Source: Acaryochloris marina MBIC11017 (lineage in GTDB: Bacteria; Cyanobacteriota; Cyanobacteriia; Thermosynechococcales; Thermosynechococcaceae). Taken from it: DNA of 32,000 nt. Below are positions 8,377 through 16,800 of this stretch, piece after piece. Within the stretch, counting starts at the first letter, position 1; every line of letters starts with the position of its first letter. The notes under the pieces are model-generated. The model was not told where the DNA came from. It did not search any database and saw nothing but the letters and a program-made list of their open reading frames with translations. The stretch is taken from contig NC_009925.1 of the NCBI RefSeq assembly GCF_000018105.1, forward strand, positions 6,030,001-6,062,000. The letters are read 5' to 3'. Both the position numbers and the translations under genes were made by a program.

Positions 8377-10840
8377 AATCCCTTCCCCAATAATGTGAAA
8401 AACTGACGATCCAGACTGAAGCTAAGGGAAATAGACAAGGAATTAAAATCGCAGCACCAACAAAAAATTGCCAACTGATCATCACATATCCCCCCGTTAA
8501 GACTAATAGACTCAAGATAAGATGTACCCGATTAACTGGCAATATTATTCTCCGATCAACTAACAAAACGAAACCTTTTGCCAGCAATGCTAAGACGAAA
8601 ACCATTATTACAGTTGGGATAGGCACAACTAATCGCTGAGTGAGGAAATGTTGAAACATATAGGCATGGGCTTCACCCCCGGTATAGACTGATAGCCCTT
8701 CCGTATTAGCTTTTCCAACTCCCCTCTCTCTTACCTGCCAATACGCCATTGCTTTTGGAACTGCAAAATTATCCAGTACGCCATCATATCCTCCAGGAGC
8801 TAGAATCACCACTTGGTTTGAGAAGTCAGCTTTTTCCCCGAAAGCTGCTAAACCGTTCAATTGCCACGCAGGTATCCGCTGAAATACTCGATTAGCCGGA
8901 ATCGAAAAATCAATAATTGGCCGAAACCATAGTTGTCCTAAATAGCTTGCCCCAGTTGTTACGGGATGCGAAGTGAATTCTTTGAGAATCGAGATTTTCC
9001 CTTCTTCCTGAGAATCAGATTGCAGATTCGTCATTAAACGGGATTGCAATACCTCTTGCCCTTGCATGCTTGGCCTAATCTGATTATTGTCTGGAAACTC
9101 TTGTGAATAGGCAGATAGTAATGACAGCAAGTAACCAAACGGACAGGATTGTTCACAAGACTTGAATGAGTGAGGTAGCTTTACATGAGTGGGAAAAGCA
9201 TTTACATTACCTTCTAAGCTCCACTCAGGTTCAGCGATTCCTGTTTCTGGATTAACCCCTACATCTCCATTTATTGGATCAGATATAGAGGCGAATACAA
9301 ACCAAACTTTCTTGCGGTCAATCGCAGATCGGATAGATTGCCCTAAAACCTGATCCTTCTCTGGCTGCTGACGATCAAACAAGTAGTCAATGCCAATAAT
9401 CCGAGCATCCAAGTCAACCAGCCGATCAATTAGGCCAGCTAAATAAGCCCGATCCATCGGAACAGGTTGACTCATCTGAGATCGCCGAATCGACTCTGAA
9501 TCAATTTGTACTAATAGGACCGGAGGTGTTTCCACCGCTGCCGGAACCTGTCCAGTTAAATCTCGATAAATCGCTTGCGTCCACAGCCGATAATCCAATA
9601 GCACTGACTGCAAAGGGGGCCAAAGACTTAACCCCACCAGCAATCCCAACGCAATTCCTTCATATCGAGTGGGAAGCCAAGCCTTAAGGTTTTGTCGCCA
9701 ACTGGATGGGACTAGCCGAAAAGACTCTGTTTCAGGATGCCGAAAAAAAGATGGCACTAAATAAGCAGAAGGAAAACTGAGACTCTGCTCTAACTTAAGG
9801 TCCTGACTCGCAAGTCGCAATGCATCATGCGCATCTACATATTGGCTCAAGTGATGTAAAAACTGCCCTAGAAAAACCTGGGCCACTTGATTATGGATGG
9901 GCTCTCGCATGACGGCCACCTGACTTAACCCCAGATCAATCAAAGCGGCTGCAATACTCAAACCACTACAAGAATTAAAAATGGCTAACTGCAACCCCCT
10001 AGCCTGTAGTTTTTCTAGATAGGGTTTAATCTCCTTAATCGTGACCACTTCGCCAGGGGCAATAGCCAGCTCTCCCCCCGTCAACATCGTTTCATTGCTA
10101 TGCCCTGCAAAAAACAAAATATCCCACCCTTGGGGGTCTGAAATCGCCTCACAGATCTGTTGCTTTAGTTCGGGGATAGAAATTTGGGGTTGCCAACCGA
10201 CAAATTTCACCTCAGCTTGGGCTGCCAGCGACGTTATGGCCGCCAGGTCGGCCTGGAAATCCAACCCCGATTCATCGCCCATAATGGCCAACACTCGAGT
10301 TCGTCGCCGCCTGCGAGGAGGGGCCATCTGAGCTGCCCGTCGGACATTGACAGGGCAACGGGCAATCCGAATGTTGTCATCAGCTTCTGTTCCTAGCTCC
10401 CAGGTCTCCCAAGGTAAGCGAGCTAAATCAATCGGATCGCAAACTAAATAGACATCTGTTTTGAGGTTGGGGGCTGCCTGAGCCGATTTAGTGATCGCTG
10501 TCCTCAGTTCAAATAGAGCTGCACCACGCAACCATAGTTGAAACTGCTCTGTTAAGAGGGCTTCTGTCCGCACCAACTCACTTTGCCAGTCCACACCAAT
10601 CGGCGTGAGGCGTCCCTGAGCTTCCATGCGGCCTCGAATCGGGGTAACAGGCTCTGGGTGGGCAATGGCTTTATAGAAATTCAGGTAAGCCCTCAGCCAG
10701 GTTTGATAGGCCTTAGTGAGGGCAGTGGGATACTCAACTTGAGCAGATAAATGCTGCCCCTGGCCCCATGACAAATCAAACACACAAGCCTGGCCGATCT
10801 GCTGCACCTTAAGCCGAAAAGAAGGATGACTGCTGCTCAT
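8369..10840 (-). CDS. CHAT-CHASE2 fusion: membrane protein with cytoplasmic caspase-like protease domain and extracytoplasmic CHASE2 sensor
   Basis: N-terminal CHAT has DILFFAGHSNE (His247, codon 10100-10102) and LAIFNSCSGLS (Cys291, codon 9968-9970). A hydrophobic segment GIALGLLVGLSLWPPL follows. CHASE2 signature: PPVLLVQIDSESIRR...PMDRAYLAGLIDRLVDLDARIIGIDYLFD. There are C-terminal hydrophobic segments (VVPIPTVIMVFVLALLAKGFVLLV; LILSLLVLTGGYVMISWQFFVGAAILIPCLFPLASVWIVSF). No kinase, cyclase or GGDEF output follows the last helix. Confidence 0.85.
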   Translation of the reverse strand: MSSSHPSFRLKVQQIGQACVFDLSWGQGQHLSAQVEYPTALTKAYQTWLRAYLNFYKAIAHPEPVTPIRGRMEAQGRLTPIGVDWQSELVRTEALLTEQFQLWLRGAALFELRTAITKSAQAAPNLKTDVYLVCDPIDLARLPWETWELGTEADDNIRIARCPVNVRRAAQMAPPRRRRRTRVLAIMGDESGLDFQADLAAITSLAAQAEVKFVGWQPQISIPELKQQICEAISDPQGWDILFFAGHSNETMLTGGELAIAPGEVVTIKEIKPYLEKLQARGLQLAIFNSCSGLSIAAALIDLGLSQVAVMREPIHNQVAQVFLGQFLHHLSQYVDAHDALRLASQDLKLEQSLSFPSAYLVPSFFRHPETESFRLVPSSWRQNLKAWLPTRYEGIALGLLVGLSLWPPLQSVLLDYRLWTQAIYRDLTGQVPAAVETPPVLLVQIDSESIRRSQMSQPVPMDRAYLAGLIDRLVDLDARIIGIDYLFDRQQPEKDQVLGQSIRSAIDRKKVWFVFASISDPINGDVGVNPETGIAEPEWSLEGNVNAFPTHVKLPHSFKSCEQSCPFGYLLSLLSAYSQEFPDNNQIRPSMQGQEVLQSRLMTNLQSDSQEEGKISILKEFTSHPVTTGASYLGQLWFRPIIDFSIPANRVFQRIPAWQLNGLAAFGEKADFSNQVVILAPGGYDGVLDNFAVPKAMAYWQVRERGVGKANTEGLSVYTGGEAHAYMFQHFLTQRLVVPIPTVIMVFVLALLAKGFVLLVDRRIILPVNRVHLILSLLVLTGGYVMISWQFFVGAAILIPCLFPLASVWIVSFSHYWGRDYA

Positions 10841-12132
10841 GAGTTTTTATTGGAGGCGAATTTAAAAGGCGAAAGTCGTAAGGTTGCAGCGGGTGATCGC
10901 GAGTCTGCTGCTGACAAGGTCACCCAAAACTGTTCCTCAAACTCCCCGACCACTTGTGCATAAATACAAGTGTCTTCTTCCGTCGGGGTAAGCATCGGAT
11001 CTGCTAGCACTTTTTCGGTATCACTAACCAGAAGCTTCACTGTCTGTTCGAGTGTCGTTTCTGGTTTAGCACCGACAACAACAAGTAACGTCCATTCTGT
11101 GTTGGGTAAATTTGGTTCCACTGGCCAGACTATTGAATATAAACGCAGTTGAGAAAGTCCCAAGGTTAGATCCCGGTACGCCCCCCCCGCAGAAGTAGGA
11201 ATATCCATACCCTGTCGTTGTAACTCCCCAATCACCGCAACAATCACTGGATCCGTCGAGCGCAGGGCGGTTGCCAAGGGGGGCATCAGTATCCAACTGA
11301 ACTGCCGAGCGGCATCATCTAATCTATGTTGAAGCCATGCCCCAACATTTATCGGTTGCGCTGGTTCAGTGACTGGAACAATTGAATCCTGGGCTGGCTT
11401 ATGCTGCCAATACTCACTACACCACCTTAGCCAATCCGCGTTCCTCAAAATGGAGGCAGCTTCCTGCCAAGTAAACAATTGCCAAAATTCGGCACCTGAA
11501 CGAACTTGATCGAGCTTCTCTGTTAAGAGAGATTCAGTAAGAGCCGTAGATGTATGAGATTGTAGTTCTGGTTGTGGGACAGTCTCTAAACAACGCAACC
11601 ACAGGAGTAACTCATTGGCAGATGCAAACGCTTGGGGTGAAATCCTATAGGTCCAGTCCGGTTGTGGGATTAAAGACGGTAAAAGTTGAACAGCAACATC
11701 CCATCTCAATCCCCCCTGAATCTCTACCTGTGCTAGTTCTTCTAGGACGTCCACTTTCACAAAGCAGTGAGGAACAAAGCCTGCAATCTCTAGGGCGGCT
11801 CTGGGGATTGCCACCTCAGCATCAGCTAAGCCAGAGACTAACACTGCGACTCGCCATTCCCCAACCAATAGATAGCTGGCATCGCAAAAGGGTAGGTACG
11901 TGGTACCTAAAAAGGGACGAACCCTTACCCCTAGATAGCTCCGCTCCGCCAACCACGATTCCAAAGCTGTGAGCGCTAATCCATGGAGGTAACCTCGCCA
12001 TTGCCAGGCTTCTGGCAGCGATTCACTTTGCTGAATTGCTTCTGCAATCTGGGTCTCAGACAGTGAGATCGCCGTAATGGGCAGGGCGGTGAAGTCTGCT
12101 TTCAGGTCTGGGGGAGGGGATACGTCAGTCAT
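10837..12132 (-). CDS. Hypothetical cytoplasmic protein, DUF1822-like
   Basis: 431-aa ORF with no signal peptide. The N-terminal third (LPITAISLSETQIAEAIQQ...YLHGLALTALESWL...YLLVGEWRVAVLV...VAIPRAALE...HCFVKVDVLEELAQVEIQGGL) resembles remembered DUF1822 sequences. Its position between a sigma-like gene and a CHASE2 gene matches the usual DUF1822 context. Its stop overlaps the next start (ATGA, 10837-10840). Confidence 0.55.
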   Translation of the reverse strand: MTDVSPPPDLKADFTALPITAISLSETQIAEAIQQSESLPEAWQWRGYLHGLALTALESWLAERSYLGVRVRPFLGTTYLPFCDASYLLVGEWRVAVLVSGLADAEVAIPRAALEIAGFVPHCFVKVDVLEELAQVEIQGGLRWDVAVQLLPSLIPQPDWTYRISPQAFASANELLLWLRCLETVPQPELQSHTSTALTESLLTEKLDQVRSGAEFWQLFTWQEAASILRNADWLRWCSEYWQHKPAQDSIVPVTEPAQPINVGAWLQHRLDDAARQFSWILMPPLATALRSTDPVIVAVIGELQRQGMDIPTSAGGAYRDLTLGLSQLRLYSIVWPVEPNLPNTEWTLLVVVGAKPETTLEQTVKLLVSDTEKVLADPMLTPTEEDTCIYAQVVGEFEEQFWVTLSAADSRSPAATLRLSPFKFASNKNS

Positions 12133-12135
12133 GAT

Positions 12136-13542
12136 TCAGAGCGTCCTATCCAGATAATCACAGAGTCGCTGGGCATATAGGCTGCTCACGGGCCGATTCC
12201 GAGGGACACTGGCTTCGGCGGCAGCGGTCTGCATCACCCCATCGACTTGTTCAGTCAGGAGGGTATCGAGCTGTTTATTTAATGCGTGTAATCGATGAGG
12301 ATCGGCGAATGGTTGAGCGACTTGCCAAACCCGCTCCCGCAGGTCGAGTAAGATTTGATGGCGAATATCTGCTCTTAGGTCTTTGAGCTGAAGTAATCGG
12401 GTGACCTGATATTGGGCCTTCAGATCAATGCGAGGTGCAATATCGCTCATCGCCAACCCTTGGCAATGAAACAAAAATAAAGCTGTTAGATACTGATGAG
12501 ATTTATTAGATTTTTGAGTTTGGAATCTCTTGAGCTTATCTGCCAAAACGCCCTCTATGGTCTTGTCTAAACTCTGTTGGAATTGCTGTCGATACTGCTG
12601 TAGAAATTGTGTTTGAGAGTCTGGATCTTCATCTGAAGGGGGGGCAGCGATCTGCATTACCTGTCCAGTGGTCGGATGCAGCTGGTCCAGGGATTGGGTT
12701 GGTGCTGGCCCACCTCGGGCATAAATTCGATATTCACGCAGCAATCTAGCTAAATTCTGTAATTGACTTAGAACCATCTGGGGTTCAACTGGGTCAGAGT
12801 TGCTGATTCCGAATTGGGCAATTTGCTGTAGCTGAGAAGGAGAGGGTTCCCGACATCGACCTGTTTTTCCCGCTTGGCGCTGACGAACGCGATCGCGTCG
12901 ATATACAGAATGATATCTGTTCAGTAAGTTCACGTTGTGTTCGATTTCATGAGATGTGAGGGAGTGAAACTCTCCTAATATTCGGGATATCTGTTGAGGA
13001 GTAGTGTCGTTAAGAATTGCCCAATCACTTATGAGATAAACGCCATGTTCTAGCAGAAAAGTGTTGAGGCTATGGTCTCGGCGAACTAACTGAGCTGTCC
13101 AAGTTGATAGGCCTCCTTGTTTGATATCGAAAGAAGATAATATCTTTTCAATTAGAGACTGATATGAACTTTGGATTTGAGGTTGATTCTGGAGGTTTAA
13201 GGGGCCATGATCAAGCACAAAAGAGTAGAGATCCTTAGTCGTAAAGCCATGATCTTGGCCAAACTGAGCACAAAGTTGTCCACAAACTTGAGCAATCACA
13301 TTAGAAATAAAGCACTTCAAACATAGTCCTGCCAGCTCCTGATCACTGGTTTTTGCTTCTTCAGGATGAAGCCAAAGTTGAAATAAACGTTGCTGTAACT
13401 GATCGTCAGAAAGGGATGACTGATCCTCTGCTATTGACAACTGTGTTCGCAAAAATTGTTTAGCCGGCATTACGACTTCCACTTTTTTTTGACCCGTTGC
13501 GTCAATCCTCACCCATTGCCAGTAACGAAAGGCATTTCCCAC
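12136..13542 (-). CDS. Divergent sigma-70-family-like transcription factor
   Basis: The ORF starts at GTG 13542, with an in-frame alternative ATG at 13470 (MPAKQFL...). A C-terminal segment YLTALFLFHCQGLAMSDIAPRIDLKAQYQVTRLL looks like a sigma region 4.2 HTH. The N-terminal helix-rich part (LAGLCLKCFISNVIAQVCGQL...DLYSFVL...SDWAILND) resembles the sigma-70-family proteins annotated next to DUF1822 genes in cyanobacteria. The stop lies 3 nt before the DUF1822-like start. Confidence 0.55.
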   Translation of the reverse strand: MGNAFRYWQWVRIDATGQKKVEVVMPAKQFLRTQLSIAEDQSSLSDDQLQQRLFQLWLHPEEAKTSDQELAGLCLKCFISNVIAQVCGQLCAQFGQDHGFTTKDLYSFVLDHGPLNLQNQPQIQSSYQSLIEKILSSFDIKQGGLSTWTAQLVRRDHSLNTFLLEHGVYLISDWAILNDTTPQQISRILGEFHSLTSHEIEHNVNLLNRYHSVYRRDRVRQRQAGKTGRCREPSPSQLQQIAQFGISNSDPVEPQMVLSQLQNLARLLREYRIYARGGPAPTQSLDQLHPTTGQVMQIAAPPSDEDPDSQTQFLQQYRQQFQQSLDKTIEGVLADKLKRFQTQKSNKSHQYLTALFLFHCQGLAMSDIAPRIDLKAQYQVTRLLQLKDLRADIRHQILLDLRERVWQVAQPFADPHRLHALNKQLDTLLTEQVDGVMQTAAAEASVPRNRPVSSLYAQRLCDYLDRTL

Positions 13543-13617
13543 AATACGTTTAACTCTTCATCTCTGCTGTCCCTCATTATTTCATCCACTTTTAGCAGCG
13601 TTTAAGAAGCTATAGAA

Positions 13618-13657
13618 ACTTTATGGAATGATAAATTGTTTCTGTATCTTGACTTAC
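13618..13657 (-). promoter_or_regulatory. NtcA-type (class II) promoter candidate: GTA-N8-TAC, 20 nt, TAN3T
   Basis: GTATCTTGACTTAC lies at 13644-13657. On the minus strand, 20 nt downstream, is TAAAGT (13623-13618). This is ~75 nt upstream of GTG 13542. Direct repeats GGATAAAA at 13659-13666 and 13677-13684 flank it on the upstream side. Confidence 0.4.
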
Positions 13658-13837
13658 TGGATAAAAAAATCTCTAAGGATAAAATCAGATACTCAACGTC
13701 GTTAAGTGTAATTTGGCTGCTGAGAATAACTATCTCTGTCCGATTCCAACTTATGCGACTCTATCTGCAGAAGCTGGCTGAAGAATAGTTGATTATACAA
13801 CTTGATAGTTGTTACCGAGGCGTATACCAGGATTTTC

Positions 13838-16800
13838 TTAAAAGATAACCTGGGGTTGTTTAGCCTGAGCAAAGTACCGTTCGAAAGCAGACTTTAACTC
13901 ATCCACACGAATGGGTTTACTGACATAGTCATGCATTCCTGCTGCCATACACATTTCCCGGTCACCCTGCATGGCATTGGCAGTTAACGCAATAATATAG
14001 GGCTGCTCCTCTTCCTGCCACTGTTCTGTGATGTGCCTGGCTGCTGTTAGGCCATCCATCTCTGGCATTTGCACGTCCATTAACACGACATCGTAGGATT
14101 GGCGATGCAGAGCTTCTAGGACTTCTTCGCCATTGTTGGCTACATCTGCTCGGTAACCCAACTGTTTGAGAATCAGTAGCGCCACTTTTTGATTGACGAC
14201 AATATCTTCAGCTAACAGGATTTGCAGGGATGGATCACCCTGTTCTTCGGTATTAACTGGAGAAGGTACAGTGGGTTTAACTTGAACGCGCTGACCTTCA
14301 AAAATTTCTGCTAAGGCGTCGTACAAGTAGGATTGCTGGATGGGCTTATTGAGAATGGCAGAAAATTGAATTTCTTGCTTATGTTTGATAATTTCGTCTT
14401 GTCCCAAGGAACTGAGCATGACGAGGGGAAGGTGTTTCCTCTGATCGAGTTGGCGGATATGTCTCGCCAATTCGACACCATCCATTTCTGGCATTTGCAT
14501 ATCCAAAATCGCCAGATCAAACTTGGAATCACTTTCAAGGAGAGCTAGGGCTTCGGCTCCCCCGCTCACCGTTTGAATCCCCATGCCCCAGGTTTGGGCT
14601 TGTAGGGTTAAAATTCTGCGATTTGTGGGATTGTCATCCACCACCAGGAGCTGCTTCCCATCGAGGAGTTGTTGAGATTGATCGAGGGTATTTTCTCCCT
14701 CAGGGGCCACTGGCACCGCAATGGTAAAGAAAAAGCTTGACCCGACCCCGGCTTTGCTCTCGACCCAGATTCTGCCTCCCATCATTTGAGAAAGAGAGCG
14801 ACAGATGGCTAATCCTAGGCCGGTGCCACCATATTTTTTGGTGGTTGAGGCATCAACTTGGCTAAAAGATTTGAACAAACGATCCATGCGATCGGCCGGA
14901 ATGCCAATGCCTGAGTCTCTGACTTCAAATTGAATCAAACGGCGTTGATTTTGAATATCGGTAAAATTTTTCCGCTGGGAGGTTGTCTCAGGTTGGGTGA
15001 TGTCCGTATCGGTGATGTCCTGCACATAGATTACGACTTCCCCTTGCTCGGTAAACTTGACGCCGTTGGTGAGGAGGTTCACTAGAATTTGGCGGAGACG
15101 AGTGACATCCCCCACGATGTGATTGGGGGTCGAGGGATCGAATAAGTAAGCGAGTTCGAGCTGTTTATCAATGGCTCTTGGCGCAACTAGACGCAGGGAT
15201 TCTTCAATGCAGGCCCGTAGGCTAAAGGGTTGTTCTTCAAATTCCAACTTACCCGCTTCAATCTTGGAGAAGTCGAGGATGTCGTTGATCAGGGTTAACA
15301 GCGCATCCCCACTGCTTCGAATGGTTTCAACGAAATCCCGTTGTTGATTATCTAAAGTGGTATTTAGCAACAGTCCCGTCATACCAATGACCGCATTCAT
15401 GGGGGTGCGAATTTCGTGGCTCATAGTGGCTAGAAATTCACTCTTAGCAACGTTGGCTGCATCAGCATCTTTTCGAGCTTGTTTCAGGGCTGTATTGTTC
15501 TGAGTCAGTGTTTGGCGCTGCTGTTGTTCCTGTTCAAGGAGATGACCATGGGCTAGGGCGATGCCGACTTGTCCAGCAACAGCTTCGATGAGTTCAATTT
15601 CGGCTTGGGTCCAGTCCCGTTTGCGATCGCATTGCTGTAGCACTATCACCCCATTGGCTTTGCGCTGATAGGAGGTACGAATGGCTAGCATGGACTGAAT
15701 TTGGCCTTGTTCACAAATGTCTGAAACAGGTTGAATTAAGGGATCCCCCAGGGCATTGTCTGAGGCAACGGCCCGATCATGACGGAGTACCTTGCGGGCA
15801 TGGGGATTATTTTCCAACTGGATGTCGGTGCCGAGCATAGACGGCACCTCTCCAGTCAGGTATTCTGCAACGATGGGCAGATGGGGGTTAGGGTCGGTAA
15901 CGTAGGTATGGAGATGGCATCGACTGACCTGAAAGGTTTTGCCAATTTCTTGAACCGTGGCTTTAAAAATTTGTTGACGGTCTAAGTTTTTACGAATCTT
16001 ACGGGTGATTTTCTCTACCAATTCAGCCCGACGCATTTGCTGTTTGAGGGCTTCGGTGGCCGCTTTGGTTTCTGTAATATTGCGAATAGAGCCTGCCATA
16101 CGGGTGGGCTTGCCTTCAATGTCCCAGATGGCCTGGCCACGGCCGGAAACCCATAGGTAATAGCCTGCTTTCGATTTCAGGCGATACTCTACTTCATAGG
16201 GGACCAAATGTTCTAAGTGATGTTTGAGGGCCAAGGAGACCATCTCTTGATCATCGGGACAAATATGGGCTTTCCAGGTTTCTAACGTGCAAGGCAATTC
16301 TCCATCTTCATATCCCAACAATTGACCAAACCGGGGGGACAGATAAAAGGCTTTGTTGACGATATTCCAATCCCAGAGGACGTCACCGGATCCCTTGACC
16401 GCCAATTGAAACCGTTCCTCGCTTTCCTTTAAGGCGGCATCTGCTTGTTGGCGCTCAATAATTTGTTGTTGTAGCTGAGTTCGTTGGGCTTGCTCCTGTT
16501 CCAACAGTTCTGCTTGGGCTAGGGCAATACCGATTTGGTCTGCAACCGTTTCTAATAGGTCGATTTCTGCTGTGGACCAGGATCGAAAACAGTCTGTATA
16601 GGCCTCGGGTTGAGCCAGGTAATCTTCACGAGACAATCTGCGATCGCAATGCTGAAGGATAATTGCGCCATTGGGTTTTCCTTGATAGGACGTACGCACC
16701 CCTAACATTGACTTCAAGGTCACGGGCTGAGGATCCGAAATCAGGGTTTCTAGTAACCGATCGGTGTAGATATTCGGGGTTGTAACGGCTTGATCTTGGG

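Noticed and set aside
863-10840. CHAT/TPR proteins as part of a type III-E CRISPR (Craspase) system, a gasdermin-activating protease system or an NTPase conflict system
   Set aside because: No cas genes, CRISPR array, gasdermin-like gene or STAND/NACHT NTPase is visible in the window. One CHAT protein is exported and the other is fused to CHASE2, which does not fit those systems.
10041-11972. Plus-strand and off-frame ORFs (10041-10331, 10184-10396, 10970-11152, 11066-11296, 11550-11972) inside the CHAT-CHASE2 and DUF1822-like genes
   Set aside because: They are shadow ORFs opposite or out of frame with long genes that carry clear domain motifs. There are no recognisable features.
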